This document shows, one piece after another, positions 32,076-42,574 of a stretch of DNA of 64,000 nt. This stretch comes from Candidatus Poribacteria bacterium (GTDB lineage: Bacteria > Poribacteria > WGA-4E > WGA-3G). The notes beneath the pieces were generated by a model, which was not told where the DNA came from, did not search any database, and saw only the letters and a list, made by a program, of their open reading frames with translations. The stretch lies in contig OZ244048.1 of NCBI GenBank assembly GCA_965215265.1, positions 4,640,001 to 4,704,000 on the forward strand, read 5' to 3'. Within the stretch, counting starts at the first letter, position 1. Every line of letters starts with the position of its first letter. The position numbers and the translations under genes were made by a program.

Positions 32076-32515
32076 GCTGGGGGGGGGGGCTCCGTCTCTT
32101 ATCATGTCCGACCTACCCTCGCCTTTCACTTTATCCTTTGTGGCAATCCTTCCATTTCCTGATGAGAGCTGCCCCATGCTTGCACAGGAATGTTATGGCC
32201 CCCAGTGTCGCGGTACACAAAGCCAGTGACTCAAAGACGTACCACTTGTCAAACCACATCCCAAAGAACTTGAAATGAAAAGCCTCTCGATAACGAGATT
32301 GAAACAACATTACGGTTGCAATCTTGAATACAAGATATGTCTCAAGGTTCGGGGGAGAAGGTGTAAGCCTTGCTATTGCGAGCAACTTGCGTTAATCCCA
32401 CAATCTCTCTGCACAAGGGAACTTACAAATTCTCTAGCTTCAGTTGGGAGAACATGTCAATTGGCTGTGAGAACCAATATTTTTAGTTTTTCTGGAAACA
32501 GGTCATCTCACATTA

Positions 32516-32708
32516 TAGTGAATCCCGTAATTACTTATACATTTTTATCATGTCATCAATAGCCACCTCAGCATTATATTGCCGTCTCAATCGGGTTCAA
32601 CTCCGGCGAATACGGCGGCAAAAATAGCAAACTCTCTGTTGAATATGCCATAATCGTAAATGATAACATAAGTCTCAGAAAATGTAAACTTATTTTTCGG
32701 AGATACTA
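32516..32708 (-). mobile_element. IS630-derived MITE, right copy (193 bp)
   Basis: Direct repeat of 30027-30245 with a 26-bp internal deletion; TA-flanked. Confidence 0.88.
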
Positions 32709-32805
32709 TAATCCAGGTGCGTTGGAATTGGACATTTCTGCGAAAACCTTGCGTGAAAAGGTGCAGGCGGCATTACGGGCCGAGGGTGTGCCGACGGGGC
32801 AGTGG

Positions 32806-32868
32806 CAGTGGCGAGATAGGTATTCTTTGTCTCATGGCAAGATAACCTTTTACTCGCCACCCGCTGGG
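32806..32868 (+). repeat. Palindromic repeat family B, copy 3 (inside the DegT coding frame)
   Basis: GTGGCGAGATAGGTATTCTTTG...CAAGATAACCTTTTACTCGCCAC. Confidence 0.75.
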
Positions 32869-33304
32869 CGGCTTCCAGTCCCGTCTCAGGAAATTTTCCA
32901 TAACCGAATCGGTTACGGCAAAGGATTTGGGTGGGCGGGCGATGTAATCAGTCAACGGTTGAATACAACACGGCAGACTATCCCAAATCGGTTGCGTTTA
33001 TCGATTCGTACTGTTATCTCTTTGATGTGAATCCTCCCAATGACCTGAGTTTGATGAATCTGTATGTTGAAGCGTTCCGTAAAGTGATAGGGCAGCTGGA
33101 TGCCGTGCTTGAAGTGCCTGCCACGACAGATTCTTATTCGGGTTTACTATAACTCGCGGATGTTGTTTAGATACGCCCGCGGCTTTTTCCGCCTGAATCG
33201 CGGATTTTCACAGAGCACACAACTCACACGGATTTTAGCATTCTAACACCCCTCAAAGGCTGATTGCATACAGCAGGTATTCGGGGCTGTCTGTTGGACA
33301 ACCG

Positions 33305-33874
33305 CTAAAGATACCGCTGAATCTTTTGAAAACTTTGTATATCCAACTTTCGGTAATCTGGAATATCGTATCGGTTGCCCCGGACATCAGTCACGAAAAG
33401 CCTAGCCGGTGGTACCTGTTTGACATTCTGATTTAAGCCTCGCACGGAAAATTTCACACGGCCGCGTGCTGTTTTTACCTCCCACTCATGAATTCCGAAC
33501 TGCTCCTTAACCCGGTAAATTTTCTGAATTATAGGAGTGAAGTACCGTTTATCCAATTCTTCTTGGAGAATTGTGAGGCTCTGCGGATCCAGTTGTGCCG
33601 GATTAACGATAATCCCGATTTCGGTATCCTCGTCAGCAGCGAGCGAGATGTACCGTTCTGGGGTGCTCAGCGGTGTGAGTCGACGTGCTATGATTCGTAG
33701 GTAACACACTTGGTCCTGTATTTCAAGACGTGCTGCGCCGACGGGTGAGCGGGTCAAGCGAAGCTTTGCTGGATGGAGGTAGTTGGGCGTAAAATCGTCC
33801 GTATCTTGACTTTCTGTAACAGCCTGGACTGTCTCAATCGCGAGATTTTTTTTTGAGTTTTTTGTCTGTTCCAT
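33305..33874 (-). CDS. DUF1854 domain protein
   Basis: 'PLSTPERYISL', 'ELDKRYF.P.I', 'W.V.T.RG', 'DVRGNRY'; directly downstream of the ABC transporter. Confidence 0.8.
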   Translation of the reverse strand: MEQTKNSKKNLAIETVQAVTESQDTDDFTPNYLHPAKLRLTRSPVGAARLEIQDQVCYLRIIARRLTPLSTPERYISLAADEDTEIGIIVNPAQLDPQSLTILQEELDKRYFTPIIQKIYRVKEQFGIHEWEVKTARGRVKFSVRGLNQNVKQVPPARLFVTDVRGNRYDIPDYRKLDIQSFQKIQRYL

Positions 33875-33875
33875 C

Positions 33876-36230
33876 TTAGCCCTCCACGGCTTGTGCTGCT
33901 GCGCGCACATTCGCTGCTTCGCGTTGGGTTTCCACTAACTTGTAGTAGATACCTTTTTTTGCCATGAGTTCTTCATGGGAGCCGGACTCAACTCCTTTTC
34001 CTTTTTCAATAACAAAAAGCCTATCAGCATTTCGGAGTGTGGAGAGTCGATGTGCGATTGCGAAGGTCGTTCGGTTTTTAACGAGTCTGTCAATGGCTTG
34101 TTGAATTTTCTTTTCTGTCTCAACGTCGACGGACGAAGTGGCTTCATCGAGGATGAGAATGCGGGGGTTATGTAAAATTGCGCGGGCTATTGAGATGCGT
34201 TGGCGTTCGCCTCCGGATAAACGACCTCCGCGTTCTCCCACCTCCGTGTCATACCCGTCAGGGAATTTGATAATGAATTCGTGTGCGTTTGCCGCTTTTG
34301 CTGCGGTGACAATTTCTTCCATAGACGCGTCTGGGTGCGCGTAAGCGATGTTTTCCGCGATAGTTCCGCTAAATAGGTACGGCTCTTGGAGAACCACACC
34401 AATTTGCTGACGGAAATCTTTGAGGTTGATTTTGGTGATGTCTATCCCATCAATCTCTAAACGACCTGAATCCGGAGTATAGAATCTACAAATCAGATTA
34501 ATCAGGGTTGATTTCCCTGCACCGGAGTGTCCAACAAGCCCGATCATCTCTCCGGGTTTGACGTGTAGGTTGATATCCTTTAACACCGGCTTATGGGCAT
34601 CGTAACCGAACGTCATATTGTGAAAACGGACTTCTCCCAAAATATCAGGTACCGCTTCAAGCGTCCCGTCGTCTAGCTGCTCTGGGGGTGAGTCAATCAC
34701 CTCAAACAAACGTTCAGCCGCCGTCATTGAACGGGATGCCCAGTTAATCAGTGGACTGATATAACGCAGCGGTTCATAGAACATACTTAAGTAACTTTGA
34801 AATGCAATGAGGGTGCCGAGTGTCATAGTAGTGCCTAGGACGTTCAAGCCTCCAGCGTACCATATAATGAGGGTGCCTAACTGAATGGCAAGCATCAGTG
34901 GTGGATAATAGGTAGCCCAGATGAGTTCTGCGTTCGTTTCGTAGTCCCGTGCATCTATGTTGGATTCATGAAACCTGTCAACCTCGCCACGCTGTTTCCC
35001 GAACGCACGAACAACCCGGATACCGGAGACAGAGTCATTGACTACATCAAAGAGTTTTGACCTGCGTCGCCAGGCGCGGTGCCACAAATTTCGGACTGTT
35101 TTCCAAAACCACCTCGCCCCGAAGATGATGATCGGGATAGGAATTAGAATAAAGCAGGCGAGCTGCCAATTCATCCAAAAGAGTACTGCCCCAATTCCGA
35201 AGAAGAGTAACAATTCCACGGCAAGAAATGAAAGGCCTTCCAACAGGAAATCCTGCAGCCGTTCGCTGTCTTCGGTGATATGGGAGATGACTGTCCCAGT
35301 TTTCCGTTTGTCAAAGAATCGGATGGAGAGATTATGCAGATGCTGGTAAACATGCGCGCGAATGTTTGCTGCAACGCGGAACGTCAACCAGGCTCCCAAC
35401 CGCAAGCGGAGAACGTCAAAAATAACGCGGATGACCATTATTGTTAACAGAGATGCTACGGCAATGCCTAGTGCTATTGCAGGCGTTTGCATCGTGCGGA
35501 ACATGTTCCCCAGCCAAGTCTCCGATGCTGTTTGGGCAGCAGCGGCATCCTGATTCAACACGAGGATATCGTCAATTAAGATACGTGAGAAGTAGGGCGG
35601 TAACAACTGAATGAGCGTTCCTATGATAATGAACCCCATGAAAATGGCTGCCTTGGCGCGATACGGTTTGAGATACGAGAGGATCCGCATCATCACTTTG
35701 TGTTTCTTTGTGCATGCTGGGCACGGGAAAAATTCATCGGGGAGCGGCAATCCGCACGTCTTGCAGCTCTGTTCTTCTACTTTGTAATCCCATATTGGGG
35801 CTTCATCACGCTTTTTGTCTCGATATGCTATTTCGTCTCCGATAAATTGTGCGACGAAACCGAATTTCGCGGCGCAGCCATTTGAATAGCGAATTAGGTC
35901 CGTTGTCCCTTCCCTTGATTCTAATATCAAAACACCGGCATCGACAACGACTTCGGCTCGAATGCCAAGTACACTTTTATACGGAATATAGTGCAGCACC
36001 GTGCCATCGGCGGAGACGGTGAAAATCGCCGCGTCTGTTAGTACAAACCACTCTTCACCGAAAACGCCCGCTGAAGTAATGTCACTTTGGACAGCAAACC
36101 GGATTTGTTCAAAAGCGACATTGATGCTTTTTAGTGTTTCTTCAATTAAAGGTGGCAATTCGTCAACCGTGCCCGTTTTTCTCTCTGTAGTTGGCATTCC
36201 TTCCTGAATCCTCCGTTTGAACAAAGTCAT
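33876..36230 (-). CDS. ABC transporter (fused TMD-NBD) with N-terminal PH-like/Zn-ribbon extension
   Basis: CKTC...CPAC; GHSGAGKS, LSGGERQR, LDEATS. Confidence 0.9.
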   Translation of the reverse strand: MTLFKRRIQEGMPTTERKTGTVDELPPLIEETLKSINVAFEQIRFAVQSDITSAGVFGEEWFVLTDAAIFTVSADGTVLHYIPYKSVLGIRAEVVVDAGVLILESREGTTDLIRYSNGCAAKFGFVAQFIGDEIAYRDKKRDEAPIWDYKVEEQSCKTCGLPLPDEFFPCPACTKKHKVMMRILSYLKPYRAKAAIFMGFIIIGTLIQLLPPYFSRILIDDILVLNQDAAAAQTASETWLGNMFRTMQTPAIALGIAVASLLTIMVIRVIFDVLRLRLGAWLTFRVAANIRAHVYQHLHNLSIRFFDKRKTGTVISHITEDSERLQDFLLEGLSFLAVELLLFFGIGAVLFWMNWQLACFILIPIPIIIFGARWFWKTVRNLWHRAWRRRSKLFDVVNDSVSGIRVVRAFGKQRGEVDRFHESNIDARDYETNAELIWATYYPPLMLAIQLGTLIIWYAGGLNVLGTTMTLGTLIAFQSYLSMFYEPLRYISPLINWASRSMTAAERLFEVIDSPPEQLDDGTLEAVPDILGEVRFHNMTFGYDAHKPVLKDINLHVKPGEMIGLVGHSGAGKSTLINLICRFYTPDSGRLEIDGIDITKINLKDFRQQIGVVLQEPYLFSGTIAENIAYAHPDASMEEIVTAAKAANAHEFIIKFPDGYDTEVGERGGRLSGGERQRISIARAILHNPRILILDEATSSVDVETEKKIQQAIDRLVKNRTTFAIAHRLSTLRNADRLFVIEKGKGVESGSHEELMAKKGIYYKLVETQREAANVRAAAQAVEG

Positions 36231-36329
36231 CTGTTAGATGACTGGTTTTGCTTAATTAACACAGTCCTAAGCTGGATAAAAAATACACAGTTTTAAAGGG
36301 GCCGCGGAAATTAGAGAAGTCGTTGATAC

Positions 36330-36572
36330 TTACTTTGTCGTCCGCGTGCGTTTGTCTGGATACTTCCAAGGAATTTTGTAATCAATAGACTTCCAGCGAG
36401 TTCTGTCTAAGCGTTTTACTGAAAACAACTTCCGGCCGCATCCACACGATATCCCGTGGACATGCCCGCTTGAACAGCGCTGCTTTTGAACAAAGTCTAT
36501 ACTCTCTGGATGTACACGATACCCGTGCCTACATGTGTAACAGACTAAATACATCTTCTCGGCTCTATCCAT
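36330..36572 (-). CDS. Small Cys/His-rich basic hypothetical protein
   Basis: CYTC...C..GH..G.SCGCG; co-oriented with its neighbours. Confidence 0.45.
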   Translation of the reverse strand: MDRAEKMYLVCYTCRHGYRVHPESIDFVQKQRCSSGHVHGISCGCGRKLFSVKRLDRTRWKSIDYKIPWKYPDKRTRTTK

Positions 36573-36722
36573 TTCTGTTTTTGCTTTTCCAAGTGCCAAT
36601 TGAATTTTGAATCAGGGCCGATTCTGCCCGTCCCCGGTTTGAAGGTTAAAAATTTTAGTAGATAGGAGTGCGTCCCTATTCCTTTTTAACCTGTTTTTAT
36701 CGGTTTAATTCAAATTTTTCTA

Positions 36723-36806
36723 TATATCTCCGTACCACCAACGTCTCTGTTTTGATAACTCGTGTGTAAATCTCGTCTGAGCCATTCTAGGTTATGATTC
36801 CTCAAT
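36723..36806 (-). repeat. Repeat family A, copy 3
   Basis: Reverse complement matches 13107-13190 with two substitutions. Confidence 0.9.
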
Positions 36807-36829
36807 TCGATTGCTTGAAAATTTACGCT

Positions 36830-37948
36830 TTAAATGGCAATCGCGTGCTTTTGAAGAACTGCATCGTTCAATTCAACGCCAAGTCCGGGTTTGGTAGAAG
36901 GTATCATATAACCGTCTTCCCACTGTAAGGGTTCCTTGAGAATGTCAGCATGAAAGCCGTCCCATTTATGGATACCTTCCTGGATTAAAAAATTCGGACT
37001 ACAGACATCCAATTGGATGTTCGCTGCGCCGCCGATGGGTCCGCCGTACAAGTGTGGTGCGATTTGGGCGTAGTGTGCCTCACCGATGGCGGCGATTTTT
37101 TTTGCTTCAAGGATGCCCCCGGTGATTGTCAAGTCCATCTGCAAAATAGAGGCGGCCTGCTGCTCAAGCAGGTCTACGAATTCGTATTTGGTGAGTAACC
37201 GTTCGCCGGTCGCAATGGGAATGCTGGTTGCTTGCGCGACGCGTGCCATCTCTTTGATGTTCTCGGGTGGTACAGGCTCCTCAAACCAGAGGGGATCGTA
37301 GGGTTCCACGCGTTTGGCAAAACGGATAGCACTGTTCGTGTTGAATTGTCCGTGGGTTCCGATGAGAATATCGCATCGATCTCCGACAGCATCACGAATG
37401 GCACGGATGACACTTTCAGCATAATTTAGCGTCTCCAGTCGATCTACGTGACGTGCATCAACCGGGTCTAATTTAACAGCGGTAAACCCTTTTTCGACGT
37501 AGGCGAGCGCGAGTTCAGCGGTTTTTTCTGGGGAATCGCCACGTCGCCATTCCAAGAGATAGGAATAGGCGCGCAGCTTTTCATGAAACATACCACCTAA
37601 CAGATTGTAAATTGGCTGGTTTAACGCTTTGCCTACGATGTCCCAGCAGGCCATCTCTATTGCACTCATGGCAGGAGTACTGAGCGGGCCGGAATGCCGT
37701 ACACTGGGGCCCTCGTACAGGGTGTTCCAAATTTTCTCAATCCGGAACGGATCCGCGCCAATAAGGAAACGTTCACCCCAATCCTTGATTAATTCAACAA
37801 CAACATGATTGAGTTGGGTATGATAGGTACATTCACCGACTCCTTCGATACCGTTATCTGTGCGTAATTTAACGAAAATCCAACGTCTGCCACCCCAATG
37901 CGGTGGTGGTACATCAACCATATAGGTTTTTACCTGTACAATTTTCAT
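36830..37948 (-). CDS. Mandelate racemase/muconate lactonizing enzyme family dehydratase
   Basis: 'WDIVGK', 'WFEEP', 'ATGERL', 'PGLGVEL'. Confidence 0.9.
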   Translation of the reverse strand: MKIVQVKTYMVDVPPPHWGGRRWIFVKLRTDNGIEGVGECTYHTQLNHVVVELIKDWGERFLIGADPFRIEKIWNTLYEGPSVRHSGPLSTPAMSAIEMACWDIVGKALNQPIYNLLGGMFHEKLRAYSYLLEWRRGDSPEKTAELALAYVEKGFTAVKLDPVDARHVDRLETLNYAESVIRAIRDAVGDRCDILIGTHGQFNTNSAIRFAKRVEPYDPLWFEEPVPPENIKEMARVAQATSIPIATGERLLTKYEFVDLLEQQAASILQMDLTITGGILEAKKIAAIGEAHYAQIAPHLYGGPIGGAANIQLDVCSPNFLIQEGIHKWDGFHADILKEPLQWEDGYMIPSTKPGLGVELNDAVLQKHAIAI

Positions 37949-37983
37949 CGCTTTTTCCCTTTAATCTTGCTTGCCATCCGTAG

Positions 37984-40227
37984 TTATGGATTCCACCAAT
38001 AGGTAAACTTTACCACAAGTGTCGTATCTATCAACGCGTTCGTCATGCTTTCTGTTCCATAAGTTTGGTTGAAGACAAAATAGAAATCGCTTCCGGGACG
38101 ATAGATATAATTGACTAAGAAATTCGTTGTCACCAATTCTCTATCACTGCTCCATTGGAGATAGAGTTTAGCGAACAGGTCGGTTGAAAAGGAATAAACT
38201 ATGCGTCCGCCGAAGATGTTTGTGTTGAACGTACCTTGTGGCAGATTGATGCGATTAAATTCGTATCTCGGTTCAAGGCTAAAACGGCCGGTAGGTCGGA
38301 AGTCCATACGGATGTCAAATCCGCGGCGGGTGCCGTCGTAGAAATCACCGAAATTGAGTGATAACCTCCCGGTCAACTTTGTGTTTCCCTCTGAATTCAG
38401 CATAAGGTTGTATTGCGTATAGTGATAGGCCCCAGGCGGAATAATCACGTCTTCTCGTATTTCAAAATCCTCCTCGAGGTTTTCAAATTCTCGTCTAATG
38501 CGAATACCGCCCCAGCCGCCCTTTTCCAATTCAAGCCAGGTACCCCACATGAGCGTTTGCGTCTCCAATTGATTTTCTGAATTGAAAATAATGTCAAACT
38601 CTGGACCAATCCATAGTCTACGGAGTCCATACCGGTGCAGGTAAGGCGTGCCTCGTGCTTCACCACGAATCCATTTCGCCCCGGGGCGTTGTACATAGCC
38701 GACTTCAGGATTGAAATCTTCACCGATATCGGTATAAGAGGCGTTGACCCTTGCAACAGTACTTTGCCAATTTCCGCCTAAGTACCATGCATCGGGTTTT
38801 TGCATAGGCCTTTCTCTGTCAAGATTAGCGGCTTCGTCTTGAGATTCGCTTGCGTCAAACGTTCGTGCCCAAAGTGCCCTGAGATTCATCCGATCCGTGG
38901 GGCGGTATACAAAATCAACACCAGTCGCGCGATTTTGGACATCACTCCCCTGCTTATTGACGGCAATCATCCCGAGGCTGGATCCGGTAAACAGATCGCG
39001 TTTAACGCGCAGGACTGAGTAGTTTGTACGCGGGACATTCACGACATCTGTGCTTTCTGTGGTGTCTGCTGCGTATTTATCCGTGAGAACATTCAGGACC
39101 CCAACGGCGTAGTTGCCTACCTTACCGCTGACTTTTCCGCCTGCAAGAATAGGGATAGCGTGTTCTTCCGCAATGCCGATGCGTCGACTGTAAAAGAGCA
39201 GGAGCGGCGGCGGTGCATTGAAACTTGTGCGTGGGATACCAAAATCAAATACACCGGCACCTTCTAAAAAAAATTGACGTTTCTCAGGAAAAAAGAGGCT
39301 GAACCGCGTTAAATTGGCTTGCTCTTGGTCCGCTTCAACTTGTGCGAAGTCGGTGTTGACGGTTAAATCGGCAGTCAAGTTTGACGTAACACGAACCTTA
39401 GCATCAGCTCCAAGATCCAATACAGCGTCTATATCTTCGTTTTCAGCCTGTTGAACGCCGGGAAGCAGATAGGGGAGAAACTCAATGTTGCGTCCTTGCG
39501 AGATACCAGATAAACCACTCAGGGTGCCAAGGTGCGTTGTGCGATAGCGGGCTAACCAATTATAGGCGGCCGGAACCGGTGCCCATGTTCCCTCCTCCTG
39601 GTTTTTCTGAATCGTGCGTCCGATGTTTAATCCCCATTCCATTGTCTCTTCGTCTTTAAATCGGAGTTGACTGAACGGAATAGCGATTTCAGCTGTCCAA
39701 TGATCTGCGTTAATTTTCGCTTTGCAGTTCCAGACGGCGTTCCAATTTTCGTTTCGACTGTCGCCACTGTCCATTATAGCGACATCTTCGCGCGCACCTA
39801 ATGGGTTAACCCGAAAGAAAAAACCGCTTCGCCTATCGTTATAGGTATCGAGAAGCACAAAGACGTTGTCATTATCCCATAACATCGTATCGCGCCGCAT
39901 CTTATTGGCAATCAGGGTAGCCGGTTTAGGTTCAGTGCAGACAAAACCGAAATAGATATGCTTATCATCGTAAAGCATACGAACTTCCGTAGGTTCTGTC
40001 ATGGGGACACCTTCCTCCGGTTCAAATTGAATCAATTGGCGAATGGGTATCGCTTTCCGCCAATCGGGTTCAGTAAGTTCTCCATCAATTTCAATACTCT
40101 GATAAGTGCGATATGCAGTCGCGTGGTGTTTTTCTGGCTCCGCAGGCGGGACTGTCTCTTCTGATACTGCACTTATACTCGTAAAAAAAAGAAAGAGGAA
40201 AACTTGGAATTTATATAGGTAATCCAT
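37984..40227 (-). CDS. CBM9-like + DUF5916 outer-membrane protein
   Basis: 'IDGELTE..W', 'WTAEIAIPFSQLRF', 'NTDFAQVEAD', 'FFPEKRQFFLEG'. Confidence 0.85.
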   Translation of the reverse strand: MDYLYKFQVFLFLFFTSISAVSEETVPPAEPEKHHATAYRTYQSIEIDGELTEPDWRKAIPIRQLIQFEPEEGVPMTEPTEVRMLYDDKHIYFGFVCTEPKPATLIANKMRRDTMLWDNDNVFVLLDTYNDRRSGFFFRVNPLGAREDVAIMDSGDSRNENWNAVWNCKAKINADHWTAEIAIPFSQLRFKDEETMEWGLNIGRTIQKNQEEGTWAPVPAAYNWLARYRTTHLGTLSGLSGISQGRNIEFLPYLLPGVQQAENEDIDAVLDLGADAKVRVTSNLTADLTVNTDFAQVEADQEQANLTRFSLFFPEKRQFFLEGAGVFDFGIPRTSFNAPPPLLLFYSRRIGIAEEHAIPILAGGKVSGKVGNYAVGVLNVLTDKYAADTTESTDVVNVPRTNYSVLRVKRDLFTGSSLGMIAVNKQGSDVQNRATGVDFVYRPTDRMNLRALWARTFDASESQDEAANLDRERPMQKPDAWYLGGNWQSTVARVNASYTDIGEDFNPEVGYVQRPGAKWIRGEARGTPYLHRYGLRRLWIGPEFDIIFNSENQLETQTLMWGTWLELEKGGWGGIRIRREFENLEEDFEIREDVIIPPGAYHYTQYNLMLNSEGNTKLTGRLSLNFGDFYDGTRRGFDIRMDFRPTGRFSLEPRYEFNRINLPQGTFNTNIFGGRIVYSFSTDLFAKLYLQWSSDRELVTTNFLVNYIYRPGSDFYFVFNQTYGTESMTNALIDTTLVVKFTYWWNP

Positions 40228-40425
40228 AATGTGCAAATTAGGTAAAGCGGCCCTCCGTAGATATTTGGTCGGACTGAGTTAGTTACCCGGAAAAAAAATT
40301 AATGCTATTATATCAGATTTGCCAAATTTCTGCACGTTTAATAGATTCGGTTCTGGAGGCATTCTGTTTTAGAGATGTTAGTTTTTTTTTCGGACAGAGA
40401 TAAGCGAAAGTGGACAGTCTCTGGT

Positions 40426-41637
40426 TTATCGGGGGCTGCTTACGGTGTAGGTATCCAACAGTGTTTCCTCTATATCGACACCGAAGCCCGGTTTATCGTC
40501 TAAGGTAAAGTGTCCATCTTGAGGGGTGGGGCGTAAACGCCGGTACAATTCGTTTTCCACTCCCGCTCGGGAGGGACCAAAAGTCTCAGCCATGCATGGC
40601 ATAGGCAGACATGCTGTCAGATGCAAGCCCCACGGCGTGCCGGCTTGATGGGGCCAGGTTGGGATGCCGAGTTCAGCTGCTTCTTGTGCGATGCGCATAC
40701 ATTCGATAAACCCCCCTGCCCAACTGACATCGGGCTGAATCATGTCTGCCGCCTTCCATCGCAATAGTTCACGGAACCCGTATCGTGTAAACTCATGCTC
40801 ACCGGAGACAATCCACGTTGGCTGTACTACTTTTACTAGTTTTGCCATGCCGGCGTAGTCGTCAAGCGGAATGGGTTCCTCAATCCATTTGAGTTGGGCA
40901 TCGCCTGCAGCCTCGGCGAACCGGAGTGTATAGTCTACGTCCCAGCGGAGATAGATGTCTGCCATCAATTGAACCTCTGCGCCGACAGTATTTCGGGCAG
41001 TATATATCATCTCTATGTTTTCGGCGAATCCGTCTTCACCTTCTGCAAGGCCATTCCGGAGCGGTATCTTACACGCGGTGAAGCCTTTTTCAGCATAGTA
41101 CCCGACCTCCGGGCCTGTGGCATAGGCGGGAATCTGGCATCGGGGTGTCTCTGTAATGAGACTATAGACAGGCATGTCTACAATTTTCCCACAGAGATCT
41201 ACGAGGGCGAGTTCTAGTCCGCTTAACGCGTAGATAACCAGACCACGCCGTCCGTAAATTGAGGTAATATGATATAGGTGGGTCCAAATATCTTCGACAT
41301 CAAGTGGGTCGCGCCCGATGACGAAGTGCTGGAGGTGCTTCTCAATAATTAGTGCGGCGGCGGCTCCACCGCCACCGAGTCCATAGCCTTTTAGGCCTTT
41401 ATCTGTTGTAATTTCTACGATGAGGGCCCCGGCTTGCGTAGCAAAGGGACCTCGCCAATCAATATGCTGTACACCGGTGTTGGTGGGAACGTTTTGGTTG
41501 CCAGCTTTAGCAAAACCCATTGTAGGCATAGCACGCGGATTTAGGTTAACGTGCCAGCTACGAATTCCTACGACTTTGTGGCGTGTTCGTGCGTGTGTCT
41601 TCCAATCTGCAGATAAGACAGTTTCCGGGGACTTCAT
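40426..41637 (-). CDS. Enolase-superfamily dehydratase (L-rhamnonate dehydratase-like)
   Basis: 'YGRRG', 'PAYATG', 'WIEEP', 'GEHEFTRYGF', 'QPDV.W.GG'. Confidence 0.8.
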   Translation of the reverse strand: MKSPETVLSADWKTHARTRHKVVGIRSWHVNLNPRAMPTMGFAKAGNQNVPTNTGVQHIDWRGPFATQAGALIVEITTDKGLKGYGLGGGGAAAALIIEKHLQHFVIGRDPLDVEDIWTHLYHITSIYGRRGLVIYALSGLELALVDLCGKIVDMPVYSLITETPRCQIPAYATGPEVGYYAEKGFTACKIPLRNGLAEGEDGFAENIEMIYTARNTVGAEVQLMADIYLRWDVDYTLRFAEAAGDAQLKWIEEPIPLDDYAGMAKLVKVVQPTWIVSGEHEFTRYGFRELLRWKAADMIQPDVSWAGGFIECMRIAQEAAELGIPTWPHQAGTPWGLHLTACLPMPCMAETFGPSRAGVENELYRRLRPTPQDGHFTLDDKPGFGVDIEETLLDTYTVSSPR

Positions 41638-41648
41638 CCTTATGTTTC

Positions 41649-42542
41649 CTATAATTTCAAGTTAATGAAAATTAATGCCACGGCTGCCATCAACGCACCA
41701 ATCAGCGATGGACGGCTCAGGCGTTCATGAAGAAAAACCATGCCGACAAACATTGTGAAGAGTACTCCGCCGGAACTGGCTGTGGGAAAGGCAATTAAGG
41801 CGTTTACTTTATCCAGTGCGATGAGCAATGCCCAACTACCACCGACATTACAGATTCCCATTAGCACACCGTAGAACACTTCCCACCAAGTGGGCCATGC
41901 TTTTTCATAAAGGCAGACACCTAAGTAAACAACGGTGGCGATGCCGAAAAGAAAGCACATGTAGAGGGGTTTCTCATCGGCCGGGCACAGCTCATTAAAT
42001 GCCTTCATAGTCAGCCGCGAGGTACCGGTAACGATTAGAATCGTGATAGCAACCACAAAACCGACTCCGTGACTTACTTTTTCACGCGCGCCAGGGCTGT
42101 CTGCATAGGCAGCAGGTCTGAGTCTGTAGACCGGCTTTTTTTCCTTGCGGCTGAGTAAAGGAATCGCGCCGAAGGTCAAAAGCAGCCCTATGATCTGCCA
42201 TAAATTGGGAATCTCTTTCCAAAACAGCATCGCTGCCAGAATCGGGATAAAGATGGAGAGCCTTACTAGTGCAGCGGTAACGACAATTCCACTTAAGCGG
42301 ATGCCGACCGTGAACAACTCAAACCCGATGGCGTACGTCAACCCATTCGTTATCCCCAACGCCGCAGTCAGTTTTGTGAACGCGAAGTCCTGCTCTTGCG
42401 TGAATGCACAGACGCTGATGAAAAACGCGGTGAGGTAGTTGATAAAGCCGATGGCGTTCAGATGTTGTTGGTTCTCTTTGGCATGTTTGAGAATGAGTCC
42501 GAATCCGGACAGCAGGACAATGTTAAGAGCCAAGAAGAGCAT
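41649..42542 (-). CDS. DMT/EamA transporter
   Basis: Ten TM segments in two repeats ('LFWKE', 'FLHERL'). Confidence 0.8.
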   Translation of the reverse strand: MLFLALNIVLLSGFGLILKHAKENQQHLNAIGFINYLTAFFISVCAFTQEQDFAFTKLTAALGITNGLTYAIGFELFTVGIRLSGIVVTAALVRLSIFIPILAAMLFWKEIPNLWQIIGLLLTFGAIPLLSRKEKKPVYRLRPAAYADSPGAREKVSHGVGFVVAITILIVTGTSRLTMKAFNELCPADEKPLYMCFLFGIATVVYLGVCLYEKAWPTWWEVFYGVLMGICNVGGSWALLIALDKVNALIAFPTASSGGVLFTMFVGMVFLHERLSRPSLIGALMAAVALIFINLKL

Positions 42543-42574
42543 AGGTTTTGCTGCCCCGGGGGCAGCACTCGCGC

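Larger units (their letters stand above)
29093..33152 (+). pseudogene. DegT/DnrJ/EryC1/StrS aminotransferase pseudogene with several lesions
   Basis: 'NSGTAALH', 'IEDVAQAHGA', 'SKTL..GG' motifs. In-frame TAA at 29270-29272; 2.7-kb insertion at 30027-32710; 60-bp in-frame palindrome at ~32809; frameshift near 32930. Confidence 0.88.

Noticed and set aside
32079-32089. Poly-G tract as a phase-variation switch
   Set aside because: It lies downstream of a terminator-like hairpin and not in a credible gene or promoter.
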